A model generated the notes under the pieces. The model saw only the letters and a program-made list of their open reading frames with translations. It searched no databases and was not told where the DNA came from. A stretch of DNA of 64,000 bases from NCBI GenBank assembly GCA_050949055.1, contig JBMNFA010000006.1:11759-75758 (forward strand), read 5' to 3'. A program made the translations under genes and the position numbers. The stretch is from Bacillota bacterium (lineage in GTDB: Bacteria; Bacillota; UBA994; UBA5500). The first letter of the stretch is position 1, and each line of letters begins with the position of its first letter. This document shows, in pieces, positions 1 to 8,834 of this stretch.

Positions 1-906
1 GCCCGCTGCGTCCACCGTCTGTCCGACCAATCGTCCGGGAATACGCCGCATCAGCTTCTCTGTGCCAGCCAGGAAGCCTAGGTAGGGGCCGCCGAAGCTG
101 AGCGGCATACCGAGAGCCTGCCCTTCGCCGACCACAATGTCTGCGCCGTATTCTCCCGGCGGCTTGAGCAACCCCAAGGAGATGGGATCTACCACCACGA
201 TCAACAGTGCCTTTTGACTGTGGGCAGTTTCGGCCAGCTGCTCTAGCCCCTGTTCCAGAAGCCCGTAGAAGTTGGGCTGCTGCACAACCACCGCCGCTGT
301 CTCGCGATCGATGGCCTCTTTCAGCTGGGCGGCCGACTGCCCCTCGCTGGTGCTGATCACATTCGTGGCAAAGTTTCCTCCCCGAGCATAGGTCTGCAAC
401 ACCCGTTGATAGGCAGGGTGTAGCGTATCGGGAATGACTATCTTCTTCCGTCGGGTGGCATCGGCGGCCATGTTGCAGGCCTCGGCCAGCGCCGAGGCGC
501 CATCGTAGACGGAAGCGTTGGCTACCTGCATGCCGGTAAGGGCGCAGACTAGGCTCTGGTACTCAAAGATGGACTGCAAAATCCCCTGGCTGATCTCCGC
601 CTGATAGGGAGTGTATGCGGTGTAGAATTCGGACCGCAGCAGCAACTGGTCCAGGGCAGACGGAATGAAATGATCATACGCGCCTGCTCCCAGGAAAGAG
701 GGATATTCCGCAGTGGATTGATTCTTGAGTGCCAACTCAGTCAACCGTTGCTGCACTTCCCACTCCGACTTGCCGTCTGGCAGTTCTAGCGACGGATAGC
801 GCAGGTGGGAGGGAATGTCGTCAAACAGTTGGGACATCCTCTCCAGCCCCAGCGCGCGCAGCATCTCTTCCCTCACCGCTGCCGGGTTGGGAACGTAGCT
901 GGTCAT
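1..906 (-). CDS. gcvPA: glycine dehydrogenase (aminomethyl-transferring) subunit 1, N-terminal part. The gene runs off the window start.
   Basis: Translation of the minus strand from ATG at 904-906 gives MTSYVPNPAAVREEMLRALGLE...SEFYTAYTPYQAEISQGILQ..., the characteristic GcvPA N-terminus. It lies directly downstream of gcvH. Confidence 0.85.
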   Translation of the reverse strand, partial: MTSYVPNPAAVREEMLRALGLERMSQLFDDIPSHLRYPSLELPDGKSEWEVQQRLTELALKNQSTAEYPSFLGAGAYDHFIPSALDQLLLRSEFYTAYTPYQAEISQGILQSIFEYQSLVCALTGMQVANASVYDGASALAEACNMAADATRRKKIVIPDTLHPAYQRVLQTYARGGNFATNVISTSEGQSAAQLKEAIDRETAAVVVQQPNFYGLLEQGLEQLAETAHSQKALLIVVVDPISLGLLKPPGEYGADIVVGEGQALGMPLSFGGPYLGFLAGTEKLMRRIPGRLVGQTVDAAG

Positions 907-918
907 CTCATTACCCCC

Positions 919-1299
919 TTAGAGCTGCTCCAAAAAAGCGCGATATTCCTCGGCCGACATCAGGTCTTCCAGTTCCTTCTTATCGGCAATTTCCAGAACT
1001 GCAATCCACGCCTCATAGGGCTGCTGATTGACCGACTCCGGAGTCGCTTCCAGCTCCTCATTCACTTCCACTACCCGTCCTGCCAGCGGACAGCGGACAT
1101 CGGCCACCGCCTTCACCGATTCAATCACGCCCAGACGGTCATCGGCGGTCAGTTCATCATCAATGTCCGGCAGTTCAACGAAGACAATGTCACCCAGTTG
1201 GTCCTGGGCATAATCGGTGATGCCGACGTAGGCACGGTCGCCCTCTACCTTTGCCCACTCATGTTCTTTGGAGTAGTACAATCCTTCACGAATCTCCAA
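919..1299 (-). CDS. gcvH: glycine cleavage system H protein
   Basis: 126-aa ORF with the lipoyl-lysine context ...[16 protein letters not shown]...; conserved gcvT-gcvH-gcvPA order. Confidence 0.9.
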   Translation of the reverse strand: MEIREGLYYSKEHEWAKVEGDRAYVGITDYAQDQLGDIVFVELPDIDDELTADDRLGVIESVKAVADVRCPLAGRVVEVNEELEATPESVNQQPYEAWIAVLEIADKKELEDLMSAEEYRAFLEQL

Positions 1300-1398
1300 T
1301 TTGATAACCTCCTCTACTTTTTTCCAATGTTCGTGTTCTGAACCTCATCTTCAGCGCGTTTCAGGCTAGCCTGAAGCCGGCGAGTTGACTGGGGCAAC

Positions 1399-2499
1399 CT
1401 ACTTCTTGCGTCGATAGGTGGGTACGTAGAAGAGTCCTTTGCCCACCCTAGCTTCCACCGGACGGTTGCGGATGATGACTTCTATGCGCTGTCCGGGGCG
1501 AGCATACTCTGTCGCCACCAGAGCTAAGCCGATATTCTTGCCCAGACTAGGGGCGAAGGCACCGGTGGTCACCTTTCCTATAGACTGGCCATCAGCCTCC
1601 ACCGGATAGTCCGCACGCGGGATACCCCGGCCTACCATCTCGAACTCCACCAGCTTGCGCGGTATGCCCGCTTGTTTCTGCTGCAGCAGCGCCTCACGGC
1701 CGATGAAATCCCCTTTGTCGAACTTTACAAAGAATCCCAGCCCCGCTTCCAGAGGCGTGATCTCCTCGCTCAGTTCATGACCATAGAGGGGCAGCTTGGC
1801 TTCAAAGCGCAGGGTGTCCCGCGCACCCAAGCCGATGGGGATGACATCATCGCCCCCGGCCTCCAAAATCTGCTCCCACACGAACTGGGCATGCTCCGGA
1901 GCCAGATAGATCTCAAATCCTTGCTCTCCCGTGTATCCCGTGCGAGAGACCAAAGCCGATACTCCTGCAACTTTGGTCTCTGGCAGGAACCAGTAGAACT
2001 TGATCGCACTCAGATCGTCGGGGCAAAGGGGCTGCAGAATTGCCTCGGCCAACGGACCCTGTAGCGCGATTTGGGCGTAACGATCAGATAGGTTGGTCAC
2101 CGTGGCAGCGGGCACCTGGTGCTGCTCAATCCAGGCCATATCCTTGTCTATGTTGGCGGCGTTGACCACCAACAGGAATTTCTGGTCGCTGTACTTATAC
2201 ACCAACAGGTCATCCACCACGCCGCCTTGCTGGTTACACATCAACGTATAGGTGATCTGGCCAGGTGCCAATTTACTGGCGTCGCTGGTGATCAACTTCT
2301 GTACCAGGGCTTCCGCCTGGGCTCCACTGACCTCGATCTCGCCCATATGAGAAACGTCAAACAACCCTGCTCGGCTGCGCACATGCTTATGTTCAGCGAT
2401 AATGCCCGAAAATTCCACCGGGAGTTCCCAGCCGGCAAAATCAACCAACTTCCCCCGATGTTCGACATGTTTATCGTAGAGGGGGGTTCTCTTCAGCAT
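1399..2499 (-). CDS. gcvT: aminomethyltransferase (glycine cleavage T protein)
   Basis: 366-aa ORF typical of the GcvT family; first gene of the operon; SD aaggagag upstream. Confidence 0.9.
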   Translation of the reverse strand: MLKRTPLYDKHVEHRGKLVDFAGWELPVEFSGIIAEHKHVRSRAGLFDVSHMGEIEVSGAQAEALVQKLITSDASKLAPGQITYTLMCNQQGGVVDDLLVYKYSDQKFLLVVNAANIDKDMAWIEQHQVPAATVTNLSDRYAQIALQGPLAEAILQPLCPDDLSAIKFYWFLPETKVAGVSALVSRTGYTGEQGFEIYLAPEHAQFVWEQILEAGGDDVIPIGLGARDTLRFEAKLPLYGHELSEEITPLEAGLGFFVKFDKGDFIGREALLQQKQAGIPRKLVEFEMVGRGIPRADYPVEADGQSIGKVTTGAFAPSLGKNIGLALVATEYARPGQRIEVIIRNRPVEARVGKGLFYVPTYRRKK

Positions 2500-2821
2500 G
2501 ATATCAACACCTCTCCTTCTGAGTTGGGGTTACCTCTAGTCTCTGACTATTGCTGCTGGTTTAACCTCCTTTCTGCTCAGGAAAATGCCCCGTGTTACAG
2601 GATATGCAACTCAAGCGAAAAAGGCAGAGCAGCCGCAGGAGTCGCTCCCGCACCGCTCTGACCACCTCTTGATCTGGCTGCTGGGTTTGCACTATGGCGC
2701 AAGTGGGCATTTCGACGGGCTTTCTGTGCCGCAGCAGTTGGTTCCTGAGTGCTATCTATTGTGCCAGAAAGTTAGGCCATAGTTTATGCCTATATTACAA
2801 TTAAACGAAGCATACTGTCAA
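2500..2821 (-). promoter_or_regulatory. gcvT leader. It has a sigmaA-type promoter (tgtcaa 2816-2821 is the reverse complement of TTGACA, atatta 2793-2798 the reverse complement of TAATAT, 18-bp spacer), a ~290-nt 5' UTR, and an intrinsic terminator at 2618-2660 followed by a U-run. It is a candidate glycine riboswitch or attenuator.
   Basis: Promoter hexamers and terminator hairpin (cagagc...gcucug + UUUUU) read directly from the sequence. The leader contains CUCAGG...GCACAGAA and GGUCAGAG segments resembling glycine-aptamer 3' halves, but the GGAGAG/CCGAAGG cores are not clearly present. Confidence 0.4.
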
Positions 2822-3059
2822 TCGTTCTAGCCGGCGTTCCAGGCAAGCGGATTTGGCTTCTGCATTTTCCTTCCTCCTAGTTTGAGGGAAGGCAAGCGAA
2901 GGCTGTCAGAGGCCGTGAGGATTGCAGCAGAAAGCTACGGTCTCGGCTGGCTGCTGCTGCCGACGGCAACGGCTTCTCATCTCCTTGTGCTTTGCGGTAG
3001 AGCAGGATCGGATTGCAGGATTGACGAAGTAGTCCCTCAGACTTGAGGAGGGATGAACA

Positions 3060-4391
3060 ATGACGTCATTTCGATTTGTTGCTGCCGGCGATGCCATCAT
3101 CACCAAGCGTTGCTCCCAGAAGAAGGACCCAGCCTTTCTGGCTATGGTTGAACTGATCCGTCAGGCCGACGCCGCCTTCGTCAATCTGGAAGTGGTCACA
3201 CCCCGCCCGCCACTGATCCCTTCGGCTGAGCACGGCGGCTCCAATTTGGGGGCTCACGAGTTTGTGCTGGACGAGCTGAAATGGATGGGCTTCAACCTAT
3301 TCAACGTAGCGACCAATCACTCCAACGATTACACATTCCACGGCTTGCTGGATACCATGGACGCCTTGAGGGAGCGGGATATGGTCTTTGCCGGCGGAGG
3401 GCACAACTTAGGCGAGGCCCGTTCGCCTGCATACCTGGATACTGCTGATGGGCGTGTGGGCCTGCTGGGGGCGACTTCCAGCTTCGTTGTCGGTGCTCCA
3501 GCCGGACCTTCCCGGGCAGATATGCCTGGACGCCCCGGCATCAGCCCGTTGCGTGTAGACTACGAATACGCGCTGGATCAGCGCCACTTCGACGCGCTGG
3601 CAGCCATCGACGAAGCTCTTGGGACAGCCCAAGTATCGCGGGAAAGGTTGGCACTGGCGCGGGCGGTGCAGCCGGATGGGGAGATAAACTTTCTGGGACA
3701 ACGTTTCATCAGAGGAGAGGTCACTGCCATCAAGGAACGCGTGAATCAGAGGGATTTGGACGACATCTGCCGCTGGATTCACGACGCCGAGCGCCAGGCA
3801 GAGTTCGTGGTGATGAGTCTGCATGCCCATCAGGGGAAGGGTCGGCGGGGCAACTCGCCATGTTTGGCAGATTTCTTGCCCGAGGTGGCCCATCGTTTCG
3901 TCGATGCCGGTGCCGACGTGGTGGTCGGTCACGGTCCCCACATGCTCAGGGCCATGGAGGTCTATCAGGGGAAGCCGATTTTCTACTCGTTAGGTGATTT
4001 CTACTATGTCAGTTCCGGTATTCAGCGCTATCCAGCCGAGATCTATCAACGGCTGGGATTGCCGGACAACGCTACCCCAGCCGACGTGCAGGACTTCAAC
4101 AACCAGGATAAGGATGGCAATCCCCGGGGATTTGCCGCCGATGAGCGGTTCTGGCAATCGGTGATCCCGGTTTGCCAGTACGAGGATTGGCAGCTGACAT
4201 CGCTGGAGCTGCATCCGATCGAGCTCAACTATCGCGCCCGCCATCGTTCGATGCGCGGCGAGCCTCGTCTGGCTAATGTGGAGATGGGGACCGATATCCT
4301 GCAACAGCTGCAGCGTCTCTCGGAGCCCTTCGGCATCAAGATCGACATCCGTCAGTCCGGCCAGCATGTGATCGGTCACGTCAGCTGGTAA
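3060..4391 (+). CDS. CapA family protein (poly-gamma-glutamate synthesis / metallophosphatase-like)
   Basis: 443-aa ORF, N-terminus FRFVAAGDAIITKR..., metallophosphoesterase-like motifs; paralogue of 11447-12757. Confidence 0.75.
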   Translation: MTSFRFVAAGDAIITKRCSQKKDPAFLAMVELIRQADAAFVNLEVVTPRPPLIPSAEHGGSNLGAHEFVLDELKWMGFNLFNVATNHSNDYTFHGLLDTMDALRERDMVFAGGGHNLGEARSPAYLDTADGRVGLLGATSSFVVGAPAGPSRADMPGRPGISPLRVDYEYALDQRHFDALAAIDEALGTAQVSRERLALARAVQPDGEINFLGQRFIRGEVTAIKERVNQRDLDDICRWIHDAERQAEFVVMSLHAHQGKGRRGNSPCLADFLPEVAHRFVDAGADVVVGHGPHMLRAMEVYQGKPIFYSLGDFYYVSSGIQRYPAEIYQRLGLPDNATPADVQDFNNQDKDGNPRGFAADERFWQSVIPVCQYEDWQLTSLELHPIELNYRARHRSMRGEPRLANVEMGTDILQQLQRLSEPFGIKIDIRQSGQHVIGHVSW

Positions 4392-4403
4392 GAGGATAAG
4401 TAA

Positions 4404-4434
4404 TGCAAAAACGGGGACAGTCCCCGTTTTTGCA
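4404..4434. terminator. perfect 31-bp palindrome tgcaaaaacggggacagtccccgtttttgca (REP family A); bidirectional intrinsic terminator
   Basis: Inverted repeat read directly, flanked by convergent gene ends (4391 + strand, 4445 - strand). Identical copies at 9929-9959 and 24286-24316. Confidence 0.7.
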
Positions 4435-4444
4435 TTCTTGAAGG

Positions 4445-4807
4445 TTAGCAGCGTTCCACGCTCTTGGTGGCGATCACGTCCACACCCAGCCCGGCCACGT
4501 CCCTGATCAGCACTTGGCCGATGGTCACCGGTGCAGCTACCTGCGTTGCTTTGATCGCATCCATCACTTTGAAGATGCTTCGCTTCGGAATCACATCGGT
4601 CAACCGCACGCTGACCAGCGGCAGTTTTCCATCGTTCACCTTGATGGAAGAGGCGATGTTCCGTTTGGGGTCAAGGATCTCTTGGGTGACGTAATCCTTT
4701 CCCCGTTTGCAGAGCGCCCCGCTGATCGAGATGACGCGAGGACCGTCGACCTCAGCGGTGATGTCGCAACCGTTAGGACAGACTATGCAGACGAAGCTTC
4801 TATGCAT
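4445..4807 (-). CDS. DUF1667 domain protein (Cys-rich, predicted metal-binding)
   Basis: 120 aa with CxxCxxGC at the N-terminus; last gene of a three-gene oxidoreductase cluster. Confidence 0.65.
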   Translation of the reverse strand: MHRSFVCIVCPNGCDITAEVDGPRVISISGALCKRGKDYVTQEILDPKRNIASSIKVNDGKLPLVSVRLTDVIPKRSIFKVMDAIKATQVAAPVTIGQVLIRDVAGLGVDVIATKSVERC

Positions 4808-6110
4808 GCTCCAACACCACCTTGATGTTGTTCTTGCTCACCAACTGTTGCTGTTTCAGGTGCAGGTGGATCATTTCGGCCGGCACAGCCTTCGTCAACC
4901 GCTTGCTGGCGACAGTGGTTTCATCTTGCAGCAATCGGATGCGGCAGTCGCGCAGCGGCCTCCTCACCCGCAGCGAGATCTGGCAGTCACCTGTGTCGCA
5001 GATCCTTTGAGGCACGGTGTAGCCAATATTGGCGTCCGTCTCAATCAGAATGGCTGCATCCTCGTCCTGACCCTGCTGCAGCCAATCGGCCACTGCCTTG
5101 GACAATCTCTCTGCCTCCAAAGACACAAAATCTACCAAATCATGCACATGTAGCACGTTGCCGGCGGCGAAGATGCCAGGCACACTAGTCTGATAGCGCT
5201 CGTCCACCAACGCCCCCCTGGTCCGGGGGTCGAGCTGTACGCCAGCCATCAACGACAGTTCATTTTCTGGAATCAACCCGACCGACAGGATCAGCGTGTC
5301 ACAGGCGTAGTGCCGTCCGCTGCCCTTGATCGGCTGCAGCTGTTCATCCACCTGGCTGACGGTCACCCCTTGCAGGCGGCCCTCGCCGTGGATCTCGGTT
5401 ACGGTGTGGCTCAGATACAGTGGTATCTGGTAGTCGTTTAGGCACTGTTCGATGTTGCGTGGCAGGCCGCTGGGATAGGGCAGAATCTCAAACACCGCTT
5501 CCACCTTCATCCCTTCCAGCGTCATCCGTCGAGCCATAATCAAGCCGATGTCCCCCGAGCCCAGGATGACGGCCCGCTTCCCCACCATGATATTCTTCAG
5601 GTTCATGTAGGCCTGGGCTACTCCCGCAGTGTAGACGCCTGCCGGCCGCGAACCCGGTATGCTGATCGCTCCTCGAGTTCTCTCCCTGCAGCCCATGGCC
5701 AGCACCACTGCCTTAGCCTCGTATTCCAACAGCCCTCGCCTGGACGCTGCCAGAACGCGCCTGTTTTGATCCAGCCTGATCACCGTGGCCTCGGTGACAT
5801 ACTCGATACCCAGTTGCTGTACCTGATCGATAAAGCGGGCGGCGTACTCCGGTCCGCTCAGCGCCTGTTGAAAGCGGGTGATGCCGAAGCCGTCATGGAT
5901 GCACTGCCTGAGAATGCCCCCCAAATGCTTTTCCCTCTCCAGGATGACCACGTCGTTCACGCCCAGTTCCTTCAGCTTCACCGCCGCCGCCAGCCCTGCC
6001 GGTCCGCCGCCGATGATCACCACATCGGCTTTAATAGGCGACCTGCAACCTGCAACCATGGGGCCGTAGCTCCCGCAACCGTCGTTATGCATCGATTTGC
6101 TTACTGCCAT
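4800..6110 (-). CDS. NAD(P)/FAD-dependent pyridine nucleotide-disulfide-type oxidoreductase
   Basis: GGGPAGL dinucleotide-binding motif and a second Rossmann motif GSGDIGL. The start is most likely the ATG at 6108-6110, which overlaps the upstream stop (ATGA); the ORF track's longer N-terminus overlaps the upstream gene. Confidence 0.8.
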   Translation of the reverse strand: MAVSKSMHNDGCGSYGPMVAGCRSPIKADVVIIGGGPAGLAAAVKLKELGVNDVVILEREKHLGGILRQCIHDGFGITRFQQALSGPEYAARFIDQVQQLGIEYVTEATVIRLDQNRRVLAASRRGLLEYEAKAVVLAMGCRERTRGAISIPGSRPAGVYTAGVAQAYMNLKNIMVGKRAVILGSGDIGLIMARRMTLEGMKVEAVFEILPYPSGLPRNIEQCLNDYQIPLYLSHTVTEIHGEGRLQGVTVSQVDEQLQPIKGSGRHYACDTLILSVGLIPENELSLMAGVQLDPRTRGALVDERYQTSVPGIFAAGNVLHVHDLVDFVSLEAERLSKAVADWLQQGQDEDAAILIETDANIGYTVPQRICDTGDCQISLRVRRPLRDCRIRLLQDETTVASKRLTKAVPAEMIHLHLKQQQLVSKNNIKVVLEHA

Positions 6111-7567
6111 CAGTTGCGCACCTTCCCTGTGAACATATTTGATCCTGCTCTGGCGTAGGTGAGTTTTTCTACCGGCAGCCCGTGCTTGGCCAGCAGCAGC
6201 TCGGCGATGCGCATTTGGCAGTATCCTCCCTGGCACCTGCCCATCATCGCCCTGGTGCGATTCTTAATCCCCACCACCGTGCTGACCCCCAGGGGGTTGT
6301 TGATGGCGGCCATGATCTCCGCTTTGGTCACCGTCTCGCACCGGCAGATGATTTCGCCGTAATCAGGGTCCGTCGCAATTAGCTGCTGTTGCACTTCTGG
6401 TGGTTGCTCGGCGAAAGGAACGATACCTTTGCGCATCGGGTTGAACGTTTGGTTCTTTTCCAGGGCCATCTCTTCCCCGAGCAGTTCCACCACCCGCCGG
6501 GCGATAGGAACGGCGCTGGTGAGGCCGGGGGACTCGATACCCACCAGATTGATAAAATGGGGAACCTCGGGCCGCTTCTCGATCACGAAGTCGGCGAAGC
6601 CACCTTGTTCCTTGCTGACCAGCTTGGGCCGGATGCCGCAGAAATTGCGGATAAAGAATTCCCGCTTGATATGGGGGAATATTCGGCTGCCATCTTTGAT
6701 CAACAGGTCCATAATCTCCTGGGTGGCCGCATAGTCATCCCGGGCGTCGATGTACTCGGTGCTGGGCCCGATTAACACATTGCCATCGATGGTGGGGGTG
6801 ATGTGTATACCCAGTCCACCCTCTTTGATGTTGGGCACCGGATAGGCAGGGATGTCCAAGTATTCGCCCACCCGCTGATCTAGAATGAAGTACTCTCCTC
6901 GGCAGGGGTAGATGGTATAGTCGTCGATGCCGACCATGCGGCAGATAGTGTCTGCGTGCAGGCCGGCGCAGTTGATCACCCACTGGGCTAGATACTCGCC
7001 CTGAGAGGTGATTACCCGGTAGACGGAGCCTTCCCGCAATATCTGCTGCACCTGGTGGTCGAACTTAAAGGCCACACCATTTTGATAGGCATTCTCAGCC
7101 AGCGCCACCGTATAGATGAACGGGTTGAGAATGGCGGTGGTAGGGGAATAGAGGGCGAACCTGCCGCGGACATGGGGTGCCAGTTGCTGCAGCCTGTCCT
7201 GCCCAATCAACTCCAGCCCGGGCACGCCATTGGCTTCCCCCTGAGCCTTCAGTTCCTCCAGCTTCTTGCGGTCGGCGTTGTCAAACCCAACTACCACCTT
7301 GCCTGTCCTCTTGAAGGGAATGTCCAGCTCTTTGGCTACGGTGTCAAACTCAAGATTTCCCTGCACGCAGTATTTGGCCATCAGCGTGCCCGGCCGGTTG
7401 TTGAAGCCGGCGTGCAGCACCCCAGAGTTGCGCCCGCTGGTCTCGCTACATACGTCCAGCTCCTTCTCCAACACGCAAACCTTCAGTTTGTAGCGGGAGA
7501 TTTCCCGGGCGACTGCGCTGCCTACCACTCCCGAACCGATGATAATTACGTCAAAGTCCTGCCCCAT
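6110..7567 (-). CDS. FAD-dependent oxidoreductase, GlpA/GlpD-like, with C-terminal BFD-like [2Fe-2S] domain
   Basis: N-terminal IIGSGVVGSAVARE FAD motif; C-terminal CRCETVT...CQGGYC BFD-like cysteines. Confidence 0.8.
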   Translation of the reverse strand: MGQDFDVIIIGSGVVGSAVAREISRYKLKVCVLEKELDVCSETSGRNSGVLHAGFNNRPGTLMAKYCVQGNLEFDTVAKELDIPFKRTGKVVVGFDNADRKKLEELKAQGEANGVPGLELIGQDRLQQLAPHVRGRFALYSPTTAILNPFIYTVALAENAYQNGVAFKFDHQVQQILREGSVYRVITSQGEYLAQWVINCAGLHADTICRMVGIDDYTIYPCRGEYFILDQRVGEYLDIPAYPVPNIKEGGLGIHITPTIDGNVLIGPSTEYIDARDDYAATQEIMDLLIKDGSRIFPHIKREFFIRNFCGIRPKLVSKEQGGFADFVIEKRPEVPHFINLVGIESPGLTSAVPIARRVVELLGEEMALEKNQTFNPMRKGIVPFAEQPPEVQQQLIATDPDYGEIICRCETVTKAEIMAAINNPLGVSTVVGIKNRTRAMMGRCQGGYCQMRIAELLLAKHGLPVEKLTYARAGSNMFTGKVRN

Positions 7568-7611
7568 AAGCTGCCTCCTTGTTGTCTGTAGGTCTGTAGA
7601 TTGCGCTACAG

Positions 7612-8082
7612 CTAGTCGCGGCTGTGTTGCTCCAGAATTGTCTTGGCCGGGTAAAAACCGTGCTTGGCGTAGAAACTGAAGACGCGCTCGTTTCCGGCCG
7701 CCACGGATAATCGGGTTCTAGACACGCCTTGTTCCTCCAGCCACTGCAATGACCGCATCAGCAAGCAATCTGCCAATGCCCGGCCGCGCCACGCAGGCAG
7801 CAGGTAAAGGGAGTCGATCTCTCCTACCCCTTGGGCATCTATGCTGCTGATGCAGTAACCGATAACCCTGCCCGAGTCGTCTTTGACCAACTCCACGTGC
7901 AGCTTGCCTGATTGACTCTTCTCCAGCAAGGCTTGCTTTCTTCCCGTGAAAGTCTTGCGTGCATACTCAGCAGCAAAGTGCGGCGAATGCGTGGCATGAT
8001 GTTGATTCAACTTCTCCCATAGCGGTCTCACCAGACCCAACAGCTCGCTACCACCACTGATATGTATGACTTCTGCCTCCAT
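7612..8082 (-). CDS. GNAT family N-acetyltransferase
   Basis: 156 aa; motif A region WRGRALADCLL. Confidence 0.75.
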   Translation of the reverse strand: MEAEVIHISGGSELLGLVRPLWEKLNQHHATHSPHFAAEYARKTFTGRKQALLEKSQSGKLHVELVKDDSGRVIGYCISSIDAQGVGEIDSLYLLPAWRGRALADCLLMRSLQWLEEQGVSRTRLSVAAGNERVFSFYAKHGFYPAKTILEQHSRD

Positions 8083-8279
8083 CGCTGATCACCTCTAATC
8101 CGATTGTACTGCTAACACCAGAGTAGGGATAGCTCCGAATGTCTGACATGCGGGAACTGCCCCCTCGTGCTACTATGCCAGATGATGGATGATAATCTCC
8201 GCGTGACAAATCGGCCACTCTAACGTTATATAGGTGAGTCGACCACTAAATGACCTGCAGGCAACAGGGGGGATGATGA

Positions 8280-8834
8280 TTGCTTTCGCGAGAGCAGAAC
8301 TATTCCCAACTCAGCGACGAGCAACTGGCGACACTGGCTCGCCAAGACAGCCAAGCCTTTGTAGAGATCTATGAACGTTATGTGGACAAGGTCTATAGTT
8401 ACGTCTTCTATCGGATCAAGGACGAGATGGAGGCGCAGGACATCGTTTCCGCCACCTTCATGAAAGCGCTGAATCATATCTCCGGCTGGCGTGCCCGCGG
8501 CGGCGGGCTGGGGGCCTGGTTGCTGCGCATCGCCCGCAACCTGACTATGGACAGTTTTCGCCGCCGCAGCAGAGTGGTGCCATTGGCTGATCAGGCCTTG
8601 GTTTCGGCAGCAGCATCTCCCGAGCAACTGGCGCTGAGTGCCGCCGAAGGGGAGGAACTGAGACGGCTGGTGGAGCAGTTGCCTACCGCTCAGCGAGAGG
8701 TGATTATTCTGAAGTTCACCATCGGCCTTTCCAATCGGCAGATAGCGCAGGTTACGGGCCGCAGCGAAACGGCAGTCAGCAGCTTACAGTATCGAGCCCT
8801 GCAGAATCTGAAGAGTGGAGTGATCAACAGGTGA
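8280..8834 (+). CDS. RNA polymerase sigma factor, ECF (sigma-70 family region 2/4)
   Basis: FVEIYERYVDKVYSYVFYRI (region 2) and QREVIILKFTIGLSNRQIAQVTG (region 4 HTH). Confidence 0.85.
   Translation: MLSREQNYSQLSDEQLATLARQDSQAFVEIYERYVDKVYSYVFYRIKDEMEAQDIVSATFMKALNHISGWRARGGGLGAWLLRIARNLTMDSFRRRSRVVPLADQALVSAAASPEQLALSAAEGEELRRLVEQLPTAQREVIILKFTIGLSNRQIAQVTGRSETAVSSLQYRALQNLKSGVINR

Noticed and set aside
8100-8280. ECF-type autoregulatory promoter (GGAAC-N16-CTA) upstream of the sigma factor gene
   Set aside because: The match to the AAC/CGT ECF consensus is weak, and a sigmaA-like TGACAA-17-TTATAT alternative exists, so the ECF assignment cannot be decided from sequence alone.
8226-8627. 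133-aa minus-strand ORF overlapping the ECF sigma factor gene
   Set aside because: It is antisense to a well-supported gene and has a low-complexity Ala/Gln-rich translation. This is typical of high-GC antisense artefacts.
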